DNA of 64,000 nucleotides, from positions 288,001-352,000 of the forward strand of contig CAXXUA010000003.1 of the NCBI GenBank assembly GCA_963663765.2, read 5' to 3'. The notes beneath the pieces were generated by a model. The model did not search any database and was not told the origin of the DNA. It was given only the letters and a program-made list of their open reading frames with translations. This stretch comes from Candidatus Poribacteria bacterium (GTDB lineage Bacteria > Poribacteria > WGA-4E > WGA-3G). Position numbers and translations under genes: made by a program. Positions 28,768-38,502 of this stretch are shown in pieces (positions within the stretch are counted from its first letter, which is position 1; each line of letters begins with the position of its first letter).

Positions 28768-30249
28768 CTAACGTATTGATGAAACGTTGAAATCTGGATA
28801 TGCGTTTGCACCGTGTTCTTCATAGTCAAGTCCAGTTTGTTCTTCTTCTTGTGTTACACGCAATCCTGTTACGGCTTTGATTCCGTAGAAGAGGATGAAA
28901 CCTGTAACGAGACACCATCCGAAGACAGCGACGACTCCAACGAACTGTACCCAAAGTAGTCCGAATCCTCCACCGAATAATGCTCCGCTTGAGCTGTCGA
29001 ATAAACCGAGAAGGAGTGTGCCTAATGCGCCGCAAGTACCGTGAACTGAGATAGCCCCAACTGGGTCGTCAACGCGAAGGCGCTCTAACAAGATTACACT
29101 GAGAACAACCACGATACCACCGAGTGCTCCCATGATAGCAGCTGATGTTGGGGATACGGATGCACACCCTGCAGTGATTGTTACCAAACCAGCAAGTGCC
29201 CCGTTGAGTGACATACCAGCGTCGGGTTTTCCGAGGAAAATCCATGCGGTAATCATTGCGGTGATGGCACCCGCGGCTGCTGCGATATTTGTAGTTACAG
29301 CAATACTTGAGATTGTACCAGCACTTGCTCCCATTTCGCTTCCGGGGTTGAATCCGAACCATCCCAACCATAGAATAAAGACACCGAGTGCAGCGAGAGG
29401 TAAGTTATGACCTGCTATTGGTCTTGGTTTACCTTCACCATCATATTTCCCAAGGCGAGGTCCTAAGACGATTGCACCGGTCAATGCGAGCCAACCGCCA
29501 GTTGAATGGACGACAGTTGAACCGGCAAAGTCTGACATACCGAGATCTGATAACCATCCACCACCCCAAACCCAGTGGCCAACAATGGGATAGATGATGC
29601 CTGTGATGAAAACACTATAAATCAGGTAGCTTTTGAACTGTGTTCGTTCTGCCATTGCCCCAGAAACGATAGTTGCGGCGGTTGCTGCGAATACAAGTTG
29701 GAAAAGCCACGCAGCGTAAGTTGGTACAGAACTCCAATCAAGTGCACTGAAAACATGGGATGACCAATCATTGGCTTCAAGTGCATCTGCACTTAAAACA
29801 GGAACGAACCAACCGCTTGTTCCCATGAAGGCGTTACCAGCACCGAACATAATGGCGAACCCAATTGCCCAATATGCGATTGAACCCATTGAGAAGTCCA
29901 TCAGGTTTTTCATGAGGATATTGACTGCATTTTTAGCACGTGTGAAGCCAGACTCTACCATCGCAAAGCCTGCTTGCATGAAGAAAACGAGAAATGCTGC
30001 GACAAGTACCCACAAAGTATCTGCACTATACTTTGAATCTGGAACTTTCCACATATCCTTTGTATCCTTCATTACCATTTGTTCTTTTCCATCCTCATCC
30101 GTCACTGTATCCTCGTACTCTTTAACCTTAACTTCAACCTTTTCGTATCCATCCGCTTCAGAATCAACGTATCCTTCTAAAGCGAACGCATTCATGCTTA
30201 GTAGGCAAGTTAGGATGAGTAGTAATGTTATTATGACACCTTTTTTCAT
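28768..30249 (-). CDS. amt: Ammonium transporter (second, divergent paralog)
   Basis: FFMQAGFAMVESG, ATIVSGAMAER, DFAGSTVVH, GWFGFNPGS, DDPVGAISVHG, GLD..EHG..AYPDF. Confidence 0.95.
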   Translation of the reverse strand: MKKGVIITLLLILTCLLSMNAFALEGYVDSEADGYEKVEVKVKEYEDTVTDEDGKEQMVMKDTKDMWKVPDSKYSADTLWVLVAAFLVFFMQAGFAMVESGFTRAKNAVNILMKNLMDFSMGSIAYWAIGFAIMFGAGNAFMGTSGWFVPVLSADALEANDWSSHVFSALDWSSVPTYAAWLFQLVFAATAATIVSGAMAERTQFKSYLIYSVFITGIIYPIVGHWVWGGGWLSDLGMSDFAGSTVVHSTGGWLALTGAIVLGPRLGKYDGEGKPRPIAGHNLPLAALGVFILWLGWFGFNPGSEMGASAGTISSIAVTTNIAAAAGAITAMITAWIFLGKPDAGMSLNGALAGLVTITAGCASVSPTSAAIMGALGGIVVVLSVILLERLRVDDPVGAISVHGTCGALGTLLLGLFDSSSGALFGGGFGLLWVQFVGVVAVFGWCLVTGFILFYGIKAVTGLRVTQEEEQTGLDYEEHGANAYPDFNVSSIR

Positions 30250-30344
30250 CTATAAACTCCTATCATTCAATAAAACTATTTTTTCTTTGATCTCCGAATA
30301 GTTGAAAGTTTGTAACTGTAATGTCGTGTTCGTTTATTGTTATA

Positions 30345-30385
30345 TTTGGGGTATCGCGAATCACTTGGATCCGCGATACCCCAAA
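30345..30385. terminator. Strong intergenic hairpin between the barrel gene and amt
   Basis: TTTGGGGTATCGCG-N13-CGCGATACCCCAAA. Confidence 0.65.
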
Positions 30386-30422
30386 GTGATGAACAGCTCG
30401 GATGTTTTTCCAATGTACTGTT

Positions 30423-31154
30423 CTACCACATACGCACGAATGTCATTCTTCCGGTAAGTCCTGAATCTTCAGAATCTTCATCCATTTGGGTTTCAAAACC
30501 GACAAAGAGTCCGAGTGTGTTGTTTTCACCGTAGTTCATGTTGATGCGTCCACCGACAACAAGACTGTCAAGACCTGTTTCAGTTTCTTCCTCTAAACCC
30601 GATAAAGTGGCGCCTACTTCTAACTGCGGACCAACTGCAATATTATCAGTGATTGAATAGAGAAGAAAATCGCGTGTATAGAATAAATCATCATCATAAT
30701 CAAATGGTGTGTTGAAAAACAATTGTATCCACGATTCAAAGTAGATGGAACCTGCGGTGAGATAGGTGAACAGCTGCGGTGCAATTAGAGAATTGGGACC
30801 GTTTGCTGCTTCATAGTCAAATCCGATACCGACCATTGGAATGAAAGATAGTGAAAGTGAATCACTATCAACAGCAGAGATTCCAATTCCAAGGTCAAAT
30901 TCTGCGAAAGTACCGACAACATATATGTCACTATCTATAGATACACTTCCCATCGGATAACTACCACCGAACCAGATTTGTGTTCCGAGGCTATCCGTAT
31001 CAGTTCTGAACCAACCAGAAACACTGGCTTCTTCTTCCATTTCCATTTCTTCACCGGCTTCGTGTGCATCAGCAAAAACCATTGATACACTACCAACTGC
31101 AAGGATGCAAACGATTGCCAACAATTGCGGTAACCAAAACGCTTTAGTTTTCAT
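30423..31154 (-). CDS. Exported probable outer-membrane beta-barrel (porin-like), paralog of 32931-33680
   Basis: Signal peptide ending VFA-DAHE, amphipathic strands, aromatic C-terminal beta-signal RMTFVRMW. Confidence 0.7.
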   Translation of the reverse strand: MKTKAFWLPQLLAIVCILAVGSVSMVFADAHEAGEEMEMEEEASVSGWFRTDTDSLGTQIWFGGSYPMGSVSIDSDIYVVGTFAEFDLGIGISAVDSDSLSLSFIPMVGIGFDYEAANGPNSLIAPQLFTYLTAGSIYFESWIQLFFNTPFDYDDDLFYTRDFLLYSITDNIAVGPQLEVGATLSGLEEETETGLDSLVVGGRINMNYGENNTLGLFVGFETQMDEDSEDSGLTGRMTFVRMW

Positions 31155-31294
31155 TTAAATCTCCTTAGTATAAAAATATTCAAGCACATGTTTGTCATGC
31201 TAGAATTTATTTTTTGCCAGACCGAGTAAACTCATCTTGATTCTGGCATTAAGTTATGTTAGAATCTGTGCGTAGTCGCACTGGTTTCTTTAAA

Positions 31295-31310
31295 AGCAAT
31301 ATGCGTGCCA
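31295..31310 (-). promoter_or_regulatory. sigma-54 (-24/-12) promoter
   Basis: TGGCACGCATATTGCT on the - strand matches TGGCACG-N4-TTGCW. It lies about 140 bp upstream of the barrel-amt-amt run. Confidence 0.85.
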
Positions 31311-31398
31311 ATTGTGTTATGATGTTACTTGATATGAAGGTATTGTACTTTATTGGTATAAGACCGACATTATACGCACCCATAATCTTCCATCTTAT

Positions 31399-32889
31399 GT
31401 GTCAAAAGTAGTTAGGAAAAAGTTTGCAAATACGGATAGTATTAGGAAATCGGTTTCTGTAAAAATGCTGAAATTTTCATCACAAAATTGCCTAAAAAAT
31501 AAGCATATTATACTTGCCTTGATTGTCATCGTTGGTGCGTTTCTTCGGTTTTGGCATTTGGGGGAATGGAGTTTTTGGAAAGATGAGGTGCTGACCGTAC
31601 TTGATGCGGAGGAATTTTCTCTCACAAATTCTCCGATCAACCCTATTCCGTATATTGCGGCAAAGTTCTCCGCCTTGATTGGTGAAAAGTTTTTATTTTT
31701 GTTTGATGTAGCGGATGAGTGGAAAAGTCGTCTGATCTTTTGTATAGTAGGTATTGTATCTATTCCGATTGTGTTCTGTTTGGGACAGTGTTTATATAAT
31801 AGTCGTGTCGGTTTATTCGCTGCATCTTTTGTTGCGTTGTCCAACTGGCATCTGTTTTGGTCACAGAATGCCCGTTCATATATTTTGACGTTTCTGTTTG
31901 CTGTGTTGACTGCGTGGTTTTTCTACCGTTCCCTTGAAAACGATTCAACTGTATTTACAATAGGTGCGCTCATCTCCTGTATTTGCCTTGTTTTGTCGCA
32001 TTTGCTTGCGGCTGCAATTGTACCTGCCTTGGCGGTCTATGCAATGCTGCAATTATTAGAGAGACGTAACCGAAAAAGGTGGATTAACTTACTAATTTTC
32101 TTTATTCCGTTTGCATTCCCGATATTGATGCTTGCGCTTCCAGAGATTCGTGGGTACATATCGTCTGGGTGGGGTCACAATATGTGGGGACGGAGTCCGT
32201 TTTATATTGTGTTAACAATTGTTCACGGGGTTAGCATTCCAATTATGATTACAGCATTTTTTGGAGTAATCATAAAACCTTTTGACCGTCCGACACTCTT
32301 TTTAGTTTGCTTTTCGGGAGTGCCTTTGGTGCTGCTCTTGATTGCGTCTCAATTGCAGAACGTTGCGGGTTATTATCTGTTTTGGTCAACCCCTGCTTAT
32401 TTTATCCTTGCTGCAGGTGCATGTGATCAGCTCTGGGAAAGATTAAGACCGGAAGGTAGCAGAGATCTGTTACGTATCGTTGTGCCATGCGTGATTCTGG
32501 TGACTATGTTCTCACAAGACTATCTCTATTTTCGGTATGAAAATGGGGGTAGACCGAAATGGCGGGAAGCACTGCAAGGTATTGCAGCAAACCGAATGCC
32601 TGCTGATACATTGGTGTTATCAGAACCTAAAATGGCACGGTATTACTTGCCCGAAATGGAAGTCGTTGATATTGATGTATTGGTGAAGGACGCTACGAGT
32701 TTTGAGAGAGAATGGATAAGTTTAGGTAGAAATAGGTTGTGGTTTCTCGTAGATGTGGCAAGTTTTAATGTATTTGATAAAGATCAGATTGTGCGTAATT
32801 GGATTCGTCAACGGGGACGTATGTTGGGAACGGTCCCAGCATACTCGCGTGCAAAAGATAGGACGATGTTGCTTTATCTTGTAGAGTAG
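31399..32889 (+). CDS. GT-C fold glycosyltransferase (family 39/PMT-like)
   Basis: GAFLRFWHLG..SFWKDE, ...R...G..SI, WSQNARSY, multiple TM helices. The true start may be near 31465. Confidence 0.85.
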   Translation: MSKVVRKKFANTDSIRKSVSVKMLKFSSQNCLKNKHIILALIVIVGAFLRFWHLGEWSFWKDEVLTVLDAEEFSLTNSPINPIPYIAAKFSALIGEKFLFLFDVADEWKSRLIFCIVGIVSIPIVFCLGQCLYNSRVGLFAASFVALSNWHLFWSQNARSYILTFLFAVLTAWFFYRSLENDSTVFTIGALISCICLVLSHLLAAAIVPALAVYAMLQLLERRNRKRWINLLIFFIPFAFPILMLALPEIRGYISSGWGHNMWGRSPFYIVLTIVHGVSIPIMITAFFGVIIKPFDRPTLFLVCFSGVPLVLLLIASQLQNVAGYYLFWSTPAYFILAAGACDQLWERLRPEGSRDLLRIVVPCVILVTMFSQDYLYFRYENGGRPKWREALQGIAANRMPADTLVLSEPKMARYYLPEMEVVDIDVLVKDATSFEREWISLGRNRLWFLVDVASFNVFDKDQIVRNWIRQRGRMLGTVPAYSRAKDRTMLLYLVE

Positions 32890-32891
32890 AG

Positions 32892-32918
32892 AAGGCGCGG
32901 TATTATATACAGCGCCTT
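32892..32918. terminator. Hairpin between convergent genes
   Basis: AAGGCGC-N13-GCGCCTT. Confidence 0.5.
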
Positions 32919-32930
32919 ATGAGGTTACTC

Positions 32931-33680
32931 CTACCAGAAACGTGTGAAATTCATCCTGCCAGTGAGTCCGGAATCTCCTTCCGCTTTCTTAGTTTCATAC
33001 CCGACATATAAGCCAAGTGAATTTGCTGTACCATAGGCGATGTTGATCCGTGCGCCAACATTTAGTTTCAACGGTTTATCCAGCTCATCTGCAAAAACGA
33101 ATACTGTTTCAAACTGAGGACCGATAGCGATGGTATCATTCAGTGAGTAGGTAAGAAAACTTCGGTTGTAGAGTTCATTACTGCTCATATCATCAAACAC
33201 TGTGGAAACTGTTGCGATTGTCCAGTGGAAAAAGAAGATGTTCGGAGCGTTCAGAAACGCAAATACTTGGGGATATAATGCATCTGGTCCGTCTTCACCG
33301 GTATAGTCAAATCCGATCCCTACCATCGGCAGCAATGCAAGTGATACGGAATCAGAAAGCATCACAGGAACATTCACACCAAGGTCAAATTCACCTGTAT
33401 ACTTACCCTTATCAACATCATTTATATATATGTTGGAAGCGATCGTAACGCCACCATCACCAATTGGATGGTTTGCACCGATCAAGAAGTAGCTGCCTAA
33501 ACTGTCAATATCAATCTGGAACCATCCTGTTACACCCGGTTTTTCATCCATTGCTTCGGATTCGGGAGCCATCTCACCTTCACTTTCGTGTGCGTCAGCG
33601 AAGACTGTAGAGGAACTGAGAAGGGATACGATACTGATCATAAAAATAATAAAAGTCATCTGAAATGTATTGGTTTTCAT
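32931..33680 (-). CDS. Exported probable outer-membrane beta-barrel, paralog of 30423-31154
   Basis: Shares VFADAHE, GWF..D.DSLG, EFDLG, PMVGIGFDY, GPQ.E and DSGLTGRM.F.R.W with the paralog. Confidence 0.7.
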   Translation of the reverse strand: MKTNTFQMTFIIFMISIVSLLSSSTVFADAHESEGEMAPESEAMDEKPGVTGWFQIDIDSLGSYFLIGANHPIGDGGVTIASNIYINDVDKGKYTGEFDLGVNVPVMLSDSVSLALLPMVGIGFDYTGEDGPDALYPQVFAFLNAPNIFFFHWTIATVSTVFDDMSSNELYNRSFLTYSLNDTIAIGPQFETVFVFADELDKPLKLNVGARINIAYGTANSLGLYVGYETKKAEGDSGLTGRMNFTRFW

Positions 33681-33888
33681 TAAAAGTCTCCTTAGGTTTT
33701 GCAAATTACGACAATATGCCCATTGGAATTTGCTAGATTATGTACTGAGTATTAGGTAATAGATTAAAATATATGGTCTATAAGCGAGTTCAAGACTATA
33801 GAACTCTAACAAGAAACCTAACACTTATTTTTAAGTATAAGTATACCTTATTTGCTGAATGGATTCAACAGTTTTAGAGGTATTGGAT

Positions 33889-34070
33889 GTACGGAAACGC
33901 GGATTACATGGATTGTGTGCGGAATCGCGGATTACGCGGATTACACGGAATACGGGGATTAAGACTTCTGCCTGAGGATATATTACATAAGATAAGTCTT
34001 ATCTGAGCAATACGACTGATAGCCGAACTCTTATCCATGAAATCTGCGTAATCTGTGTCCTCCGCGATTC
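33889..34070. repeat. 9-bp CGCGGATTA/CACGGATTA short tandem repeats with an inverted partner
   Basis: Several copies at 33889-33960 and a reverse-complement set (AATCTGCG, CCGCGATTC) at about 34033-34070. The same motif occurs at 22561 and 22704. Confidence 0.7.
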
Positions 34071-34287
34071 TAAATACACCCTAATTGTAGTACAAATATT
34101 TTACTTTCTCAACTGCATAAATTAAGAAACTTTAATTTTTTGTCTTCGTTAATTCTTTTGTGATGAAAATTGGGTTTTCTGAATCATCTTGAAACACATT
34201 CAGCATTTCCCAAGTTTGAATCAGATTCTTACCTTTTCAGATAACTACAACTAAATCCAAATTCTCTCTATTGCGGGATGCATCTGA

Positions 34288-35526
34288 ATGAACCCTGACC
34301 AGAAAATTCAAAAACTAACTTCACTACTTACGAAACATCATGCATATCGTAATAACTGCTTGAATCTTATTGCATCCGAAAACACACCATCGCCATTAGT
34401 AGAAGAACTCTTTGATGAGAGATTGTCACAGCGATATGGTAGTTATAAAGGCATTGACCTTAATCACCGGACCTACAAAGGCAATCGTTTTATTGTAGAA
34501 ATAGAGACATTTACGCATGAATTAGCGAAGGAACTATTTGATGTAGGGTATGTTGATTTTCGTCCTTTGTCTGGAAACATTGCGGGAATTGCAGCGACAT
34601 TTGCATTGGGCGAACTGGGTGCTACTGCGTTAGAGGTAGACAACGGACACGGTTATGCCCAAAAACTTGCAGATTCACCTTTGAATGTAGACATAAAGTC
34701 AGTTCCGATTCCATGGGACGATGATAGGTCAAACATTGATTTACCTGCAACGGTTGAACTGATTGAGAAACATAAACCGAAAATTGTCAATATCGGTTCT
34801 GGTGTTTTTCTTTTTCCGCAACCTGTGTCTGAATTGAAAAGCGCGATGCGTCAAGCAAATCCGGAGTCATATCTGATTTACGATGCAGCCCATGTGATTG
34901 GTCTGATTGCAGGTGGTACATTTCAGTCTCCGCTTGCAGAGGGTGCGGATGTTGTTATTTCCAGCACACATAAGACGCTTGCCGGTCCACAAGGTGGTAT
35001 GATTCTAACAAACGATAAATCTATCGCGGAACGTATTGGGGATTCTCTTTATCCTTTACTGATGAGTAACCATCATCTTAGTCGGTTGCCGGCATTAGCA
35101 GGAACGTTTGTTGAGTGGATGGCGTGGGGTGCTGCACACGCGGATGCAATTGTAGCAAACGCGAAGGCACTGGGAAGTTCATTAGCAGAACGTGAAGTAC
35201 CAATACTTGCTGCTGAACTCGGTTACACAGAATCACACACATTGATACCCATTATAGATGCTTATGGTGAAAGTAGTGAAATGGCAAATCAACTTGAGAC
35301 GTGCCATATAATAGCAGGAGGTATGAAAGTATCTGCTAAGGTTGGTACAAATGCTTTACGTCTCGGTGTGCAAGAAGTTACGCGAAAGGGAATGACACCA
35401 GAGGATGCACCTGTAATTGCAGATTGTATCGTTGCTGCGTTATCTGGGAACCCACCTGAGAAGGTTAAGAACAAAGTTATGCAAATTGCCCAAAGTTTTA
35501 ATAGAATGCAGTTTACGTTATTTTAA
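34288..35526 (+). CDS. Serine hydroxymethyltransferase-like PLP enzyme (divergent)
   Basis: LNLIASEN, RPLSG..A, YDAAHV.GLIAG, STHKTLAGPQGG (PLP Lys), RLGVQE.TR.GM. Confidence 0.85.
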   Translation: MNPDQKIQKLTSLLTKHHAYRNNCLNLIASENTPSPLVEELFDERLSQRYGSYKGIDLNHRTYKGNRFIVEIETFTHELAKELFDVGYVDFRPLSGNIAGIAATFALGELGATALEVDNGHGYAQKLADSPLNVDIKSVPIPWDDDRSNIDLPATVELIEKHKPKIVNIGSGVFLFPQPVSELKSAMRQANPESYLIYDAAHVIGLIAGGTFQSPLAEGADVVISSTHKTLAGPQGGMILTNDKSIAERIGDSLYPLLMSNHHLSRLPALAGTFVEWMAWGAAHADAIVANAKALGSSLAEREVPILAAELGYTESHTLIPIIDAYGESSEMANQLETCHIIAGGMKVSAKVGTNALRLGVQEVTRKGMTPEDAPVIADCIVAALSGNPPEKVKNKVMQIAQSFNRMQFTLF

Positions 35527-35677
35527 ATAGGTAAATTGAAAAATCGTTCCGAAATCGTAACTTTTACAATTTATGCCAGTTATTATTATATATACTATTG
35601 TTATATTTTAAATATTTTAATTCTAATGTAGAGTTACTCATTATAGAAATTATCAAAAAATATATAGGAGTTGGTGA

Positions 35678-36643
35678 ATGAATAAATTATTCTTCAAATT
35701 GAACTTATGTTTTCTGATACTGTTGACAATCGTTGTAGTTGGATGTCAAAGCGAAAAACCTAAAGAAATTACTACTGCGAAAAAGTTAAACGTCGTTGCG
35801 ACAATAAGTATGATTACCGATATTGTGAGAAATGTTGGCGGGGACAGGATTGATGTTACTGGGATCATTGGAGAAGGGATTGATCCTCATTTATTCAAAC
35901 CGAGTGCAAGAGATACAAAACTGATAATGGATGCGGATATTATCTTTTATAACGGGTTGAATCTGGAAGTGAGAATCACGGGTGCTGTGTTTGATAAGAT
36001 GGCAGAGAAAAGGAAAGCCGTTGCGGTCACAGATGGGATTGAACGTTCAAAGCTGCGTAAAGCCACAGAATTCTTAGGGGGATATGACCCTCATGTTTGG
36101 CATGATGTGACACTTTGGATGAAAGCGACAGAAAGGATTCGTGACACATTAGTGCATTTCGACCCGATCAACGCAGATTATTATCGTGTTAATGCGAAAA
36201 CATACTTGACGACATTAGAATCTTTGCATCATGACATTCAAAAACTCGCCGCACAGATACCAACGAACCGAAAAGTTCTTGTTACAACACATGATGCGTT
36301 CGGTTATCTCGGAAGTGCTTATGGATTTGAGGTGCGTGGTCTGTTGGGTATCAACACAGAGAACGAGGTAGGTATTGCTGATGTAAAAGCGTTGGCAGCG
36401 TTTATTGTTGAAAATGGTATCTCTACGATGTTTGTTGATACCTCATCATCCCAGCAAGGGATTGAATCCGTGCAGGCTGCCGTTCAGGCGAGTGGGTTTG
36501 AAGTTGCCATAGGTGATCGTCTTTTTTCGGATGCGATGGGATCAACTGGCACACCAGAAGGAACTTATGTGGGTATGATGCAACATAACATGACGTCTAT
36601 CGTGAACGCACTTCAAACTGAATTGGCTTATTATCAGAAATGA
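35678..36643 (+). CDS. Zn/Mn ABC transporter substrate-binding lipoprotein (TroA/MntA-like)
   Basis: Lipobox VVGC, DPH (twice), YNGLNLE, THDAFGY, FSDAMG. Confidence 0.93.
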   Translation: MNKLFFKLNLCFLILLTIVVVGCQSEKPKEITTAKKLNVVATISMITDIVRNVGGDRIDVTGIIGEGIDPHLFKPSARDTKLIMDADIIFYNGLNLEVRITGAVFDKMAEKRKAVAVTDGIERSKLRKATEFLGGYDPHVWHDVTLWMKATERIRDTLVHFDPINADYYRVNAKTYLTTLESLHHDIQKLAAQIPTNRKVLVTTHDAFGYLGSAYGFEVRGLLGINTENEVGIADVKALAAFIVENGISTMFVDTSSSQQGIESVQAAVQASGFEVAIGDRLFSDAMGSTGTPEGTYVGMMQHNMTSIVNALQTELAYYQK

Positions 36644-36759
36644 AGTTGGGAACTAATGTAGTGAGAAATTAATAAATAGTGTCATTAATAAAATTGTGTC
36701 TAAGTGAATCAAAATATTAACCGATAATTGTGAATCAGAAAACAATTAAGGAAGTAACT

Positions 36760-38496
36760 ATGGAAAATAAAACACCCGATTGGGTGAAAGTAGCTGAATT
36801 AAGCGAGGTGCCAGAGGGCAAACCGAAGGCAATTAAGATGGGAGAGGGACGGAGTATTGCCCTCTTTAATGTTGATGGTAAGATATATGCGACCGATAAC
36901 CAGTGTCCACACATGGGGTATCCTTTGACACGAGGTACGATACGTAATGGCATTCTCACATGTGATTGGCACCGTCGCAGCTTTGATTTAGCGGGTGGCG
37001 GTTGTTTTCATGTTGAATGTGATGACTTGAAGGTATTTCCGGTTGATGTCCGAGGAGACGAAATATGGATTGAACCTGGAGATATGACGTACCGTCGTGC
37101 AGCAGAACATAAGAAACTGCTTCGCGAAGGACTCTTGAGTGAAGATCGATGGACAATGTCGAAGGCGATTGCGCTCTTGTTGAAAGGTGGCGTACCCGAA
37201 GAAGAAGTAATGGGTTCTATTTTGGAACACGTTGCCCGACATATTCCCAGTGCTCATGGGTCAGAAGGTGGTGGTGATGTCTCCAAACTCATTAACGGAC
37301 TTAGAGTGGGAAGTAGATATGAGGGTGAAGACAGACTCATCGCTGTTACAACTGCTGCGTGTTCTGCAGCGGGTGAAGCACGGCAACGTCTTGAAGTTGT
37401 GCCACTACCTGAACCCGTCGCGTGGGAAAAGATAGAACGTTGGATACGTGTTTTCTCTTATGAGGGGCAAGCTGGCCGCATTGAGCGATGCTTGTTTACT
37501 GCGTACCAAAAAGGAGATGCGGAGAAATTGCGTCCCCTGCTTTTTGAGTGTGTTGTTGAACCGCATTTTATTGATAACCCTCAAATACCGCTTTATGTGA
37601 GTTATCTATCTGAGACAGTTGATGAGTTTGGATGGGACAGAACAGCAGACCTATTTTTCTATCTCGGTGCGGACCTTGTCGGACACCACCCATCGGATCC
37701 TGAGCGTTACCGCAGAGATGCGATTAACCTCATGAGAGAGATGTTGCCCACTGTTGAAAACGCTGCTTTGGAGCGAACTAACAAATTTGATGAAGATGGC
37801 TTTGTGGAAGCACTTACTAGTGTTGACATACAACGTTCCTTTGAGGAAATACAGGCAGTTATAGTTGATGGAGTCAATATGGACAGAGTCATTACTTCAT
37901 TGGTTCTTCTTGCAGCAGATCGTATGGCGAACACGCCTGTCAATGTGGACGCGGGTTGGTGGAACTTAACAATGGAACTCAACCTTGCCTCGTCTTTACG
38001 AAGTGCGCGTAAGGTGGGTGGTAATCTTGTTGCAGCGAAAGGACTATTCCATGTAGCGTGGCAGATCTTTGCAGACCGTTGGATAAATATTATTCCACGA
38101 CCGTTGAGTGAACCTTTGAGTGCGGAAAAGCTTGATGTTGCAAATGAGGAAGAAGGGGTTAATTTAATTATCAATACGATTGAGTCACTTAATGTGCAGG
38201 ATGTGGGACCACAGGTCCTCGGTTATCTGAATGCGGGTTATTCTGCTGAACGTTTGCTGAAAGAGATTGGTCATTCAGTGCTTTGGGATGATACGGGAAG
38301 TGAAGTATTGCCTACATTGCGCACAGTTTTTGAGGAATGGGATCATGCCGATGGTCACCCTGCACAACCGCAGCTTCTGGTTGGTTTGGCACGTTATGTC
38401 ACTGATATCCGATCCAACACTGACAACAAATCTGCGGCTACCACTGCAATGCGTTTCTCTGAAGGCCGAACTACAATCGAGGTCTTTGAGGAGTAA
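36760..38496 (+). CDS. Rieske [2Fe-2S] domain plus large alpha-helical domain protein (paralog A)
   Basis: NQCPHMGYPL...TCDWH Rieske motif in the first ~105 aa, followed by ~470 aa of unknown helical sequence. Confidence 0.85.
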   Translation: MENKTPDWVKVAELSEVPEGKPKAIKMGEGRSIALFNVDGKIYATDNQCPHMGYPLTRGTIRNGILTCDWHRRSFDLAGGGCFHVECDDLKVFPVDVRGDEIWIEPGDMTYRRAAEHKKLLREGLLSEDRWTMSKAIALLLKGGVPEEEVMGSILEHVARHIPSAHGSEGGGDVSKLINGLRVGSRYEGEDRLIAVTTAACSAAGEARQRLEVVPLPEPVAWEKIERWIRVFSYEGQAGRIERCLFTAYQKGDAEKLRPLLFECVVEPHFIDNPQIPLYVSYLSETVDEFGWDRTADLFFYLGADLVGHHPSDPERYRRDAINLMREMLPTVENAALERTNKFDEDGFVEALTSVDIQRSFEEIQAVIVDGVNMDRVITSLVLLAADRMANTPVNVDAGWWNLTMELNLASSLRSARKVGGNLVAAKGLFHVAWQIFADRWINIIPRPLSEPLSAEKLDVANEEEGVNLIINTIESLNVQDVGPQVLGYLNAGYSAERLLKEIGHSVLWDDTGSEVLPTLRTVFEEWDHADGHPAQPQLLVGLARYVTDIRSNTDNKSAATTAMRFSEGRTTIEVFEE

Positions 38497-38502
38497 TCTC
38501 TC

